IMG/VR virus record: IMGVR_UViG_3300021440_000003
Location: 8,402 to 72,401 of that record
DNA from: a virus
Direction: 5' to 3' (one strand)
DNA length: 64,000 nt
The notes beneath the pieces are model-generated. The model did not search any database. It was not told where the DNA came from and saw only the letters and a list, made by a program, of their open reading frames with translations. How positions within the stretch are numbered: the stretch's first letter is position 1; each line of letters opens with the position of its first letter. Positions 8,122 to 18,010 of this stretch are shown piece after piece. The translations under genes and the position numbers were made by a program.

Positions 8122-11009
8122 TGTACAAGTACTACCAAATCGAGGGTGGTGAGGAGTCTTGGAAAGAAATTCAAGCGAGCCACCGAAGCTCCTTGCCGGA
8201 CCCGATGTTCGTGACCGTGCTGGCCGTGGACCGCTTGGTCACGGATGGAATGACCAAGGCGGAGATTTCCAAGATCAAGTACAGCGGCCCGCTGTACTTT
8301 GATTGGGACGGAACCTCAGTGGCCGAGGTGGTGCCCAACGTGCAAGCGTTCATCGAGTCGCTGCGCAAACTTGGAATTGACGACGAGCACTACAAGCTGT
8401 ACGCCACCGGAGGCCGTGGCTTCCACATCGAGATCCCGCCAGAGGTCTTCATGGAGAAGCCCAAGGCCGTGGAACACTTGCCTCTGATCTTCAAGGAAAT
8501 GGCGCTGGACTTGGTGACGGACACCATGGACTTGCGAGTGTATTCCGGCCGCAAGGGCCGCATGTGGCGGCAGCCCAACGTGCAGCGCCCCAACGGCATG
8601 TTCAAGGTGCGCATCGACCATGACACGCTGGACGGAATGGACGAGGCGCGGTACCGCATGGTGTGTTCCGACACCGCCATCGACATTGACGTGTCTGCGG
8701 AGTTCAACCCCGGACTTGCCCTGCGCTTTGACAAGGCAGTCCAGAAGATCAAGCAGGTGCTGGGCAAGCGCAAGGGCGAGAAGCCTGTGGTGCTGCCAGC
8801 CAATATGCCTTCGATGGACGCCCTGATGGAAGGCCGTGGCATCAAGCCCGGCACAGGGTTCCAGACCATCGCCTTGCAGTTGGGTGTGTTTGCCAATGCG
8901 AGAGGTTACACCGAGGACGAGCTGGTTACCCGGTGTGCAGGCTTGCTGGAGTCGCATGAGTCGGACGGCTCGCGCTACAACAGCCAGGCCAAGCGCGAGC
9001 GAGAGCTGCGTCGCATGTGGGTGTACACCAACGACAACCCGTGCTACAGCTACTCCGCTGGGGCCATCAAGGTGTTGTTGACGCACCCCGCACCGGACGT
9101 GGAGGGCATGGCCGCCACACCCGAGGAAGTCCAAGCGATGATCGACACACCCATCGAGCAGCTGGAGCCTGATGTGGATGACCTTGCCGGTGTTGTATTA
9201 AACCAACACGGCGTGTTTGCCCGTACCGAGTTCGGACCCAAGCGCGTGTCGGCCATCTCGTTCGACAACGTGAGGACCTTGCGCTCGACGGACAACGGCA
9301 CCATCGCCATGGTGGAGGCTGATGTGATGGTCAACGGCAAGACCATCTGCCGGTCGCCCATCGAGCTGGACACGTTCCACAGCGCAGGCAACTTCAACAA
9401 GTTCGCTGCACGCCACGGACACGCGTTCCAGGGTAATGATGCCAACGTGCGGGGCATGTACCTACGCTTGATGGAGAAAGCCAAATTGACCGGTGGAGAC
9501 AACTTCGCGGTGACACGGGAAGGACTTGACGTCATCAACATCCCCAACCACCAAGACGAGAGGCTGCGCAAGCCCTTCTTGATCTGGGCGGACGGCAAGG
9601 GTGTGGTGCTGGAGCCGGAAGCGGCGCAGACCGGTTTGAAGATCTCGTTCCAAGGGTTTCCTGACCCACGAGGGCAGTTCAGGTCAGACTTGCACGACGC
9701 CCCAAACCTTGCCACCTGGCTTGAGGAAGGCAACCACAAGGAACGGATGCGAGTCGCTCTGGAGAATTTCCTCCAATGTCAAGCACCTAACTCCATGGCC
9801 AACCTGCTTGGCTGGTACATAGCATGCTTTTACCGGATGTTGTTCCATAAGGCGTACAACAAGTTCCCGCTGTTGCACGTGAATGGGGCCGCAGGATCGG
9901 CTAAAACGGAGACTAACAAGGCATTGCTTGGGTTATTCTATTATAACCAAGAGCCGCGTATGTTGACACCATCATCGACGGTGTTCGCCATCAACTACTG
10001 CGCCTCGGGCAGCGCGTCCATTCCTCTGGTGGTGGACGAGTACAAGCCGCACGAGATGCCAGCCGCCATGCACGACAAGTTGAAGCTGATCTTCCGTGAC
10101 GCGTACAACTGCCGCGACGTGGCCCGGGGCGGCGGCAGCCGAGACAATGACGACTACCGTGTGCTGTCCTCGGCGATGCTGGCCGCGCCCATGGCCTTTA
10201 TCGCGGAAGCGGTCGAGGACGAAGCAGCCCTGATGGAGCGTGTGGTGCTTGTCACCATGAGCCGACCGACACCCCTGCAAGCGAGCAAAAACCTTGCCCG
10301 CTACCTGCGGTTCTCGGAGTTCAAGGAATGCCTTGCAGTCATCGGCAAGTACATCGCAGCGGACATTGTGTCGAGCTACACGATCGACCAACTCAAGAAG
10401 GACTTTGACCCATTGCTTGAGGAGGCCCGCAAGCAGTTCATGCTGCAAGAGGGTGATATGTCCAACCTGGCCCCTGAGCAGCTGCAACGAAAGTTCTCTG
10501 CCAAGGAACGTACGGTGTTCAACTTCACGGTGGCACGATTCGGCTTGCGTCGGTTCAAGTCGCTGATGGAGGACATTTACGGCGACCAGCTCAACCACCT
10601 GATCGAGGACTTGGACAGCAAGCTCTACGACCGAATGCTTGACCTCGGCTCCTCCACGCAAGCGGAGTGGCTCAAGGTGCTCAACGTCATGGTCGATATG
10701 TCGTACTTGGATGACAACCTACCCTACAAGATGGTGGTCGGCAAGGACTACGCACTGGTGCACCACGGCGGCATTGACTGTGTTGAGGTATCACCTCGAC
10801 TGGCCTATGCCAAGTATCGCCAGTATTGTCGGATGGCTGGCAGCCGTCCGTTGTTTTCAGGAGAGACCGCCTACTTGCACAGCTTGAGGGACGCGTCCGC
10901 AGTGGTCAACATGGGCCACACCGGAGGCAAGATTCAATGTGCAGGTGGCTCTATCCTGTTCGATGCACAAGGGCTTTCCGCCCTTGGCGTGCGAGCCTTC
11001 CGGAAGTGA
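8121..11009 (+). CDS. AEP-family primase fused to a P-loop helicase domain
   Basis: YFDWD, TGGRGFH and DLRVYS...RMWRQPN AEP motifs; C-terminal GAAGSAKT Walker A and VVDE Walker B. Confidence 0.85.
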   Translation: MYKYYQIEGGEESWKEIQASHRSSLPDPMFVTVLAVDRLVTDGMTKAEISKIKYSGPLYFDWDGTSVAEVVPNVQAFIESLRKLGIDDEHYKLYATGGRGFHIEIPPEVFMEKPKAVEHLPLIFKEMALDLVTDTMDLRVYSGRKGRMWRQPNVQRPNGMFKVRIDHDTLDGMDEARYRMVCSDTAIDIDVSAEFNPGLALRFDKAVQKIKQVLGKRKGEKPVVLPANMPSMDALMEGRGIKPGTGFQTIALQLGVFANARGYTEDELVTRCAGLLESHESDGSRYNSQAKRERELRRMWVYTNDNPCYSYSAGAIKVLLTHPAPDVEGMAATPEEVQAMIDTPIEQLEPDVDDLAGVVLNQHGVFARTEFGPKRVSAISFDNVRTLRSTDNGTIAMVEADVMVNGKTICRSPIELDTFHSAGNFNKFAARHGHAFQGNDANVRGMYLRLMEKAKLTGGDNFAVTREGLDVINIPNHQDERLRKPFLIWADGKGVVLEPEAAQTGLKISFQGFPDPRGQFRSDLHDAPNLATWLEEGNHKERMRVALENFLQCQAPNSMANLLGWYIACFYRMLFHKAYNKFPLLHVNGAAGSAKTETNKALLGLFYYNQEPRMLTPSSTVFAINYCASGSASIPLVVDEYKPHEMPAAMHDKLKLIFRDAYNCRDVARGGGSRDNDDYRVLSSAMLAAPMAFIAEAVEDEAALMERVVLVTMSRPTPLQASKNLARYLRFSEFKECLAVIGKYIAADIVSSYTIDQLKKDFDPLLEEARKQFMLQEGDMSNLAPEQLQRKFSAKERTVFNFTVARFGLRRFKSLMEDIYGDQLNHLIEDLDSKLYDRMLDLGSSTQAEWLKVLNVMVDMSYLDDNLPYKMVVGKDYALVHHGGIDCVEVSPRLAYAKYRQYCRMAGSRPLFSGETAYLHSLRDASAVVNMGHTGGKIQCAGGSILFDAQGLSALGVRAFRK

Positions 11010-11151
11010 CCCAGAAAGGACGACTTGTCTTGATCGCAAACAGGAGCGCTATTCCCAGCTGATCTAGGATATACTCCCCCACCCAATTCAGGCGACAAGC
11101 CTGAACCCGTCGCACAAGCGGTCCTTGTGCACCACGAAAAAGGAAACGAAA

Positions 11152-11823
11152 ATGTCAATGAAAAAACCTCAATTTGAAACCAACGAAGGTACCGAAAATG
11201 TTGCTCCTGAAGCCAGCCCCACAACGGCTGTTGCAGCGCCTGCAACATCTTCAGTGGCCATGGTCGGAGCCTCTGGCGCAGACCCTCTTGCAGCTCTCCA
11301 AGATAAACTCCACGTTGAATACGATACGCTTACTCAGGTGAAAGTGTCTCCCGGAGCTTGGCTGGAGCGCGAGACGGAAGAAAGCCTTGGCGACACCATC
11401 GTCCTGAAGCTGCTGTCTTGGCAAGACAGCTACGTGTGCTCCCCCAACGATGACTCTGCTGAAACTGACCTCATCAAGTACAGCGACGACGGCGTGACGT
11501 CCAAGGACGGAGTGAACATGCAGGAGCATCTGGCCCAGCTGAAGGCTGACGGCTACGAAGATGCCAAGATCAGCCAGCGCATGATCTTGGTCGGTGCCCT
11601 GAAAGAGTCCGGCAAGTCCACCCGCTTCCTGAACAAGCCTGTGCAGATTGATCTGCCGCCCACCAGCCGCAAGCAGTTCGTGCGCTACCGTGCCGAGACC
11701 GCCTACGCCGTGAGCGAAGGCTTGATGGATGGCGCGAAAGCTCTGATTGTGGAAGCGAAGATTGTCCAAGCCAAAGGTAAGGGCACGAACCGTTACTCCA
11801 TGGCAACTTTCTCGGCTGCCTAA
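11152..11823 (+). CDS. replication-module protein, possibly ssDNA-binding
   Basis: AAGGA RBS, highly-expressed codon bias, own terminator, position after the primase; function is inference. Confidence 0.5.
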   Translation: MSMKKPQFETNEGTENVAPEASPTTAVAAPATSSVAMVGASGADPLAALQDKLHVEYDTLTQVKVSPGAWLERETEESLGDTIVLKLLSWQDSYVCSPNDDSAETDLIKYSDDGVTSKDGVNMQEHLAQLKADGYEDAKISQRMILVGALKESGKSTRFLNKPVQIDLPPTSRKQFVRYRAETAYAVSEGLMDGAKALIVEAKIVQAKGKGTNRYSMATFSAA

Positions 11824-11832
11824 CTCAACTGA

Positions 11833-11862
11833 AAGCCCGGCCCCGTGCCGGGCTTCTTCATT
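11833..11862 (+). terminator. probable intrinsic terminator
   Basis: AAGCCCGGC-cccgt-GCCGGGCTT stem followed by CTTCATT. Confidence 0.6.
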
Positions 11863-11870
11863 CACACACT

Positions 11871-12545
11871 ATGCGATATTTCGTCATCGACACGGAGACC
11901 GTTGGTCTCAAGACGCCCGAGCTGCCAGCCTCCGGTGTTGTACAAGTTGCGTGGATTGAGATTGACAAGGACCTCAACGTGTTGTCCGAGCATTCCCACT
12001 ACGTGAACCCAGGTTGTCCCATCGACCCCAAGGCATCGGAAGTCCACGGAGTCTACGACGACGACGTGAAGGACTGCCCGACACTTGCACAGGTGATGGA
12101 CCTTGGCACTGACCCGATCACGCTGATTGGCCACAATGTTGCCTTCGACTACCGCTTCTTGTCCAACTGGGTTTACCCAGCGAAAGTCCAGACCTTGTGC
12201 ACCTTGCAGTTGGCTCGGCTGTATGTCAAGCACAGCGCCAACCACAAGCTGACCACGTTGGTGGAGCACCTTGAGATTCCGCAGGACAAGGCGCACAGCG
12301 CACTTGGCGACGTGAAGATGACCAACACCTTGCTCAAGGTGTTGCTGTACATGGGGCGCACCACGCTGGAAGATGCTGTGGCCCGTGAGCAGACGAATGC
12401 GCTGATGCACCGCATGCCCTTTGGCAAGCACAAGGGGGAGCTCATGATGGAGCTGCCCAAACCCTACGTTCGGTGGATGCTCGACCAGACTGACCTGCCT
12501 CCGGCCATCCGCCGCAGTCTTGAACACTTCGTGAGGCTCGCATGA
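11871..12545 (+). CDS. DEDDh 3'-5' exonuclease (DnaQ/ExoX-like)
   Basis: IDTET, GHNVAFD, HSALGD motifs; C-terminal MPFGKHKG. Confidence 0.9.
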   Translation: MRYFVIDTETVGLKTPELPASGVVQVAWIEIDKDLNVLSEHSHYVNPGCPIDPKASEVHGVYDDDVKDCPTLAQVMDLGTDPITLIGHNVAFDYRFLSNWVYPAKVQTLCTLQLARLYVKHSANHKLTTLVEHLEIPQDKAHSALGDVKMTNTLLKVLLYMGRTTLEDAVAREQTNALMHRMPFGKHKGELMMELPKPYVRWMLDQTDLPPAIRRSLEHFVRLA

Positions 12546-13051
12546 CCTTTGACGACTACATCCCGCTGGCCATGCGCACAGCGAAGACCCTCCCTCTGGC
12601 TTTGGACATTGACCACGGCAAGATGCTGCTCATCTCCGAGGTGGGTGAGGTGGTGGACTGCTTGAAGAAGCACGTGATCTACGGCAAGGAGCTGGACACC
12701 ACCAACCTGCTGGAAGAATGCGGTGACCTCTGCTGGGGCATCGCGCTCCTGTCAAGCCGCCTTGGCTTCGTGCCCGAGGTTTACCCAGTCAAGTCATACC
12801 GTGTGGCCACGGACATTGAGATGGTCTATCTGATGGCGCAGATGGCATCCAACATCAGCACAGGTGACATTCGCTTTGGATGCTCCAGCTTGCTCAACGC
12901 TGTGTCCAGCTTCCTGAGCCGATTCGACTTCACACTGGAGCAGGCGATGGAAAAGAACATTGCCAAGTTGGCGGTCCGGTACGGAGACAAGTACAGCGAC
13001 TATGCGGCGCTGAATCGGGACTTGTCGGCTGAGGCCGAGGTGCTTGGCTAA
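12542..13051 (+). CDS. MazG-like NTP pyrophosphohydrolase
   Basis: SEVGEVVD..KK, EECGD, NIAKL..RY motifs. Confidence 0.85.
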   Translation: MTFDDYIPLAMRTAKTLPLALDIDHGKMLLISEVGEVVDCLKKHVIYGKELDTTNLLEECGDLCWGIALLSSRLGFVPEVYPVKSYRVATDIEMVYLMAQMASNISTGDIRFGCSSLLNAVSSFLSRFDFTLEQAMEKNIAKLAVRYGDKYSDYAALNRDLSAEAEVLG

Positions 13052-14187
13052 TGGCCACAGCACTCAATCGCATTCGTGCGACCCAGTATGCGGCTGGTAA
13101 GAAGCATACGCAGCGCATCATCGAGACGCTCGTGGACCTGCTCACGAAGGCCAAGGTGCCCGGTAAGGACCTGATGGCCTACATGCCCGACGCCCCGCTG
13201 GAGTACGCCAGGCCCGCCCTGATTGCCCCCTCCAACCGGGAGACGCTGGAAGTGAGCCCCTTGATGGTGTTCACGCCCCACATGCGAAGCCGGGATCCGG
13301 GCCTGTTCTTCAGTGCGTGGAAGAAGGCATGCAACCGGCTGCTGACCCGGCCGGGGCCTTCCAAGTGCACGTCGCTACCCGACCTGTCCAAGTTCCTGGG
13401 CTTCCCTGTGGGCCACGCAGCCATGCTGTTCTCGCCCCCTATCGGGGATTCGTACCGGGATCTGGTGCAGTTCGCAGCGGAGTCCGTCGCAGTGTTCGAG
13501 ATGGTCTTCGGGGTGTCCGCCTCGGTGAACGACGACAACTACTGCGTGGAGGTGGACTCGTGCATCATCGGAGTCAAGAACCACCAGCTGTGCCTGCCCG
13601 GCTTGAGTACCACGATCATGTGTACGCCGACCGAGTTGAAGGCAAGCATGATACTGGAGCGAGGCCCGGTCTCTTGCTACGGCACGCTGGACATTCTGGA
13701 CTGCATGTACATCTGGTCGGACGAGGCGGAGGACGGAGAGGAGATCAAGTCCCACTTGCTCTACCTGCGAGCCCTCAACGACCCCGAGACCTTGATTGCG
13801 GCCCAGCGAGCTGTACTGGCTGTTGACGGTGTGACCGTCGTGAAGCGGCCACGACGCCGCAGAGCTTCCCGCGTAACCCAGATGAGGGTGACCAAGCAAA
13901 TCACGTACCCTGAGATGCTCTCGGACTTCCAGCGAGTCGAGGAAATCATCATGGACGAAGCGATACCGGACATCTCCCGTGTGTACGACATCGCGGACAT
14001 TTTGGTCACGAAGTACATGGCGGAGGAGTCATTCCGAAGCCGCTTCGGAATCCGCCTTGGGTCCTTGAGAACGAGTACACTCTCAGAGGAGCAAATTGTT
14101 CGATTCAGGACAGGGTGGACGGAGTACAGCACCGCTACCTTGGCCCGTGCCCATAAGCGAGACTCACGTGACAGACAAGTATACTGA
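13051..14187 (+). CDS. hypothetical protein (378 aa)
   Basis: TAATG-coupled long ORF; no motif recognised. Confidence 0.7.
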   Translation: MATALNRIRATQYAAGKKHTQRIIETLVDLLTKAKVPGKDLMAYMPDAPLEYARPALIAPSNRETLEVSPLMVFTPHMRSRDPGLFFSAWKKACNRLLTRPGPSKCTSLPDLSKFLGFPVGHAAMLFSPPIGDSYRDLVQFAAESVAVFEMVFGVSASVNDDNYCVEVDSCIIGVKNHQLCLPGLSTTIMCTPTELKASMILERGPVSCYGTLDILDCMYIWSDEAEDGEEIKSHLLYLRALNDPETLIAAQRAVLAVDGVTVVKRPRRRRASRVTQMRVTKQITYPEMLSDFQRVEEIIMDEAIPDISRVYDIADILVTKYMAEESFRSRFGIRLGSLRTSTLSEEQIVRFRTGWTEYSTATLARAHKRDSRDRQVY

Positions 14188-14395
14188 CCCGATAGACATT
14201 GCCTGCGAGCAGGAAGACTTCTTCAGGCAGGAAGCCATCCGCAGGCAAGCCTTGGCGTCTGCACAAGAGTACGACCCCGAGTTCGATGGAGTGCACTGCA
14301 TCGCTTGCGATGACGACATCCCAGACGGACGCTTGCTGCTTGGCAAGATTCGCTGCATCACCTGCCAAGAAATTAAAGAAAGACGAAGACGTTGA
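14168..14395 (+). CDS. TraR/DksA C4-type zinc-finger protein
   Basis: GTG start; DPIDIA tip motif; CIAC...IPDGR...RCITCQE. Confidence 0.85.
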   Translation: MTDKYTDPIDIACEQEDFFRQEAIRRQALASAQEYDPEFDGVHCIACDDDIPDGRLLLGKIRCITCQEIKERRRR

Positions 14396-14604
14396 AAAAG
14401 TTACCACCACCCATCCCAGTCATCCACCCGCAACACCTACCACCGCCCAACTTGGCGGTGGTTTCCTTTCTGTGGTACCTGCTTGCCGACAAGTGGCAAG
14501 TTGGCCCCGGCTACGAAGCCGTTGGGTATGCCGCCATTGCTATCTTTTTAGGAGCAAGCTGGTTCAGGTACGTCGGGTCCCCTTGGTTCAAAATTCGGAG
14601 TTAA
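14392..14604 (+). CDS. small two-TM membrane protein
   Basis: TTG start overlapping the previous stop; two hydrophobic segments. Confidence 0.55.
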   Translation: MKKLPPPIPVIHPQHLPPPNLAVVSFLWYLLADKWQVGPGYEAVGYAAIAIFLGASWFRYVGSPWFKIRS

Positions 14605-14606
14605 AT

Positions 14607-17600
14607 ATGCGTATTGCAATTGACATGGCTTCCATCCTCAAGACTTGCCTTGCTGCTGGCAAGGATGCTGAGGGCTACACCGTGGAACACGAAGGCAAGT
14701 CGGTGCAGATCAACACCGCTGCCTACGGCTACGAGTTCGTGGTCAACTCGATCAAGGCTGCCTTGGACGAGTTTGGCTTGGTGCCCATGGACCTCATCAT
14801 GGTCACCGAAGGGATGCACAGCAAGGCTCCGCGCCTTGACATGGACTCCCGCTACAAGGCGACGCGTGGCAGCCGCCCCGCCGAGTACTACAACGAGTAC
14901 CAGTCCCTGCAAGACCAAGTGCGCAAGGCGTTCCTCGACTTGGGTGCGCTGGAGATGGTCTGCGACAACGTGGAGGGTGACGACCAGCTGGCGTTCCTTG
15001 CCAAGCACACCGAGGAGGATATGGTCATCATGTCCAACGACGGCGACTTGGTGGCCCTGCACGGCGTCAACGCTCACGGCGCGAACGTCCGAGTGCGCAT
15101 CAACGGCGAGGTCGGCTACAACAAGTTCGGCCCGTTCCCGCACCACTTGGTCACCACCTACAAGGCGCTGGTGGGCGACCCGTCCGACAACATCAAGGGC
15201 TGCCCCGGCTTTGGACCCAAGAAGTTCCTCGACTTCATTGCCAAGTACAAGACGACCGGCTTGGTCGAGCTCCATGAGATGCTGGAGAACGGCAAGTTGC
15301 GCGACTTGGAAGCTCTGGCCGAGGAGTGGCAGTGCCCGCTGCTGGGTATGCTGTTTGAGCAGCGCATCGAGATCCAGAAGTCCTACAACCTGGCCCGCCT
15401 GTACCCCGAGTGGGTGGACAACCTGACCAACCCTGTGCGCTGGTCTGTGGGTCTGGTCCGCAACACGGACGACGAGCGACTCAAGCCTTGGAGCATGGCC
15501 CAGCGTCTGGTGACCGCCGACAACTTCGACAAAGCCAAGAGCTTCTTCCAGCAGCAGTTGCTGACCTCGCAGTTCGTAGCGCTCGACCTGGAAACGACTG
15601 TGCCTGATGAGAGCGATGACTGGCTGGCCGCTTCGGGCAAGGATGGGGTAGACGTGATCGGCAGCAAGATCACAGGGTGCGGCTTGACCTTCGGCCCCAA
15701 CAGCCGCTACAGCTTTTACGTGTGCACCAACCATGCGGACACCAACAACTGCTCCATGGAGCAGCTGCGTACCCTGCTGGAGTGCATCCCGCAGTCGCTC
15801 CATATCGTGTGCCACAACTCTGCTGGCTTCGAGCTGCCTGTCCTGTACAACGCCTTCGGCAAGCACTGGCAAGCCAACGGGTGGCGAGGCTTCCTGCCCA
15901 ACACCATCGACACTCGAATCATGGCTTCGTTCTATGACGAGTCCGGCAAGCAAGGCTTGAAGGACTTGTCCAAGCGGCTGATGAACTACGACCAAGTGTC
16001 TTACGACACCGTGACAGGCGGGCGCAAGATGCACCAACTGTCAGGCGACGAGGTGTTCAGCTACGGTACGGACGACACGGCGGTGACGGCAGGCTTGTTC
16101 AACTTCTTCCGGCTGTTCATGCAACTCGAACACAGCTGGGACACGTTCATGGACACCGAGACGCTGCCGCCCTACCTGACGGCCCAAGCCTTTACCAAGG
16201 GCGTGCGCATCGACCTGCCCAAGCTCAAGCAGCTGTCCCGTGACGACGAAGCCGTTTATGACCAGTGCTGGACCACCTTGTCCAACTACTTGGTCGAACA
16301 CGGCTGGGAAGGTGTGCATCCTCCGGTGTTCACTGAGATCAGCCCGGCCAACATCAAGCAAGCTGTGCAGGTGGTGCTGGGCACCGAGCTCAAGACCATG
16401 ATTCGCACGATCTCCAAGCTGGCGATTCTGGTTCGTGATCTCGATGGTGGCGACCTGCTGGCTCGCTTCATCGAGGACAACGATCTGGACTCCATCAACA
16501 AGCTCGTCGCGCAGCACTGGACGAGCAAGCCGATCTTCAATGTGGGCTCACCTCTGCAAATCTCCAAGCTCATGTACAACGTCATGAACCTGCCTGTGCG
16601 GCTGCGCAACCCGGCCACGGAAACGCAGCGTGCCGCAGGCCAGCGTGAGGGCAACCCCCGCACGGATGACGATGCTGTAGGCTTGACCTTGAAGCTGGAT
16701 GCAACACCGGAGACAGCCCCCGTCTTGAATGCCCTGCTGACCATGAAGTCCTGCAACACCCGCAAGGCTCTCTACTGGGACGCTTGGCCCTCGATGATTC
16801 ACTGGGACACCGGCCGCCTGCACCCTTCGTTCCGCCAGAGCGCGACCAACACCCGGCGCTACACCAGCAGCAAGCCCAACTTGCAGCAGATGGAAGCCGG
16901 TCCGGTTCGGGCGTGTTTGCTGCCGGAACAAGGCCACGTCATTGCAAGTCTTGACTTCGCAGGTCAGGAAGTGCGTGCACTGTGTGCCCTGTCCTGGGAC
17001 GAGAACCTGCGCTCTGTGTTTGTTGGCGAGTCTCTCAAGGACATCCACAGCATCACAGCCAGCACCTTGTTGGGAGTCCCCTACGAGCAGTTCTACGCGG
17101 AGTACACCTCGACCGACCCGGTTGTCCAGAAGACGGCCAAGGGTGTGAGGGACAAGGCCAAGATCTGCTTCTTCGCCTCGGCCTACGGTGCCACGGCCAA
17201 GAAGATTGCCGAGACGCTGGCCATCAGCGAGGACGAAGCCCAGAAGATTCTCGATGCCATCGACCAAGCGTTCCCCCGTACCGTCGAGCGTGCCGAGCGT
17301 GTGGAGCGACTTGTCAAAGAGCAGGGCTACATGACGCTGCACCCAGGCACCCGCCGCCACCTGCGCGACGAGATTCAATCGCCTGACAAGTGGGTTGCTG
17401 CCAAGGCAGTGCGCCAAGCTGGTAACGCGGAGATCCAAGGCTCTTGCGCCACGCAGACCAAGCGGGTCCTGTCCCGCATCTGGTCCAGTGACGTGCTCGA
17501 CCAAGGTGCTGTGTTCATCGCCTCCATCCACGACGAGGTGGTGCTGTCCGTCCCGAAGGACCGCCCCGATCTGGTCAAAGCGGTGCACGGCTTCATGACC

Positions 17601-17726
17601 GAGGAGTTCTGGCCAGGCTTGCCTGCTGGCTCCAGCGTGGGTGTAGGCCCCAACTACCTCCAGCTCAACGAGCTGGGCGACTCTGCAACGCTTGAGCAGA
17701 TCACCACCGCGATGGAGGCGATCTGA
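14607..17726 (+). CDS. polA: family A DNA polymerase with 5'-3' exonuclease, 3'-5' exonuclease and polymerase domains
   Basis: GGAG RBS then ATG at 14607. EGDD, SNDGD, GDPSDNIKG (5' nuclease); DLET, HN..FE, YGTDD (proofreading); DFAGQE, K...F...YG, HDE (pol motifs A, B, C). Confidence 0.95.
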   Translation: MRIAIDMASILKTCLAAGKDAEGYTVEHEGKSVQINTAAYGYEFVVNSIKAALDEFGLVPMDLIMVTEGMHSKAPRLDMDSRYKATRGSRPAEYYNEYQSLQDQVRKAFLDLGALEMVCDNVEGDDQLAFLAKHTEEDMVIMSNDGDLVALHGVNAHGANVRVRINGEVGYNKFGPFPHHLVTTYKALVGDPSDNIKGCPGFGPKKFLDFIAKYKTTGLVELHEMLENGKLRDLEALAEEWQCPLLGMLFEQRIEIQKSYNLARLYPEWVDNLTNPVRWSVGLVRNTDDERLKPWSMAQRLVTADNFDKAKSFFQQQLLTSQFVALDLETTVPDESDDWLAASGKDGVDVIGSKITGCGLTFGPNSRYSFYVCTNHADTNNCSMEQLRTLLECIPQSLHIVCHNSAGFELPVLYNAFGKHWQANGWRGFLPNTIDTRIMASFYDESGKQGLKDLSKRLMNYDQVSYDTVTGGRKMHQLSGDEVFSYGTDDTAVTAGLFNFFRLFMQLEHSWDTFMDTETLPPYLTAQAFTKGVRIDLPKLKQLSRDDEAVYDQCWTTLSNYLVEHGWEGVHPPVFTEISPANIKQAVQVVLGTELKTMIRTISKLAILVRDLDGGDLLARFIEDNDLDSINKLVAQHWTSKPIFNVGSPLQISKLMYNVMNLPVRLRNPATETQRAAGQREGNPRTDDDAVGLTLKLDATPETAPVLNALLTMKSCNTRKALYWDAWPSMIHWDTGRLHPSFRQSATNTRRYTSSKPNLQQMEAGPVRACLLPEQGHVIASLDFAGQEVRALCALSWDENLRSVFVGESLKDIHSITASTLLGVPYEQFYAEYTSTDPVVQKTAKGVRDKAKICFFASAYGATAKKIAETLAISEDEAQKILDAIDQAFPRTVERAERVERLVKEQGYMTLHPGTRRHLRDEIQSPDKWVAAKAVRQAGNAEIQGSCATQTKRVLSRIWSSDVLDQGAVFIASIHDEVVLSVPKDRPDLVKAVHGFMTEEFWPGLPAGSSVGVGPNYLQLNELGDSATLEQITTAMEAI

Positions 17727-18010
17727 TGAGGGTGGTCCACGCTACCCTTGGCAAGCACGTGTACATGGATGAGAACCTCGGTTCCCTGATCGAGTGCTTC
17801 TTCATCCACCACATGAGGGTGCCGAAGGCGTCCGTTGATTCGGAGGCCATACACCGGTCGGTTTTTGAAAACTCGAATGACCCCGAGTTTTTGTCCGAAG
17901 TTGCGGGTATGATGCTGCGCTATCCGACAGACCACCTCATTTTTGAAAGTGGCCTGTCGTTTCACATTTCGCCGCAAGGCAAGATCACCACAAAGAAAGG
18001 TTCGCAATGA
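17726..18010 (+). CDS. hypothetical protein
   Basis: Translationally coupled on both sides. Confidence 0.6.
   Translation: MRVVHATLGKHVYMDENLGSLIECFFIHHMRVPKASVDSEAIHRSVFENSNDPEFLSEVAGMMLRYPTDHLIFESGLSFHISPQGKITTKKGSQ

Noticed and set aside
14199-14606. N-terminal extension of PolA (1175-aa ORF call)
   Set aside because: This stretch overlaps the TraR and membrane-protein genes; the RBS and domain start support ATG 14607.
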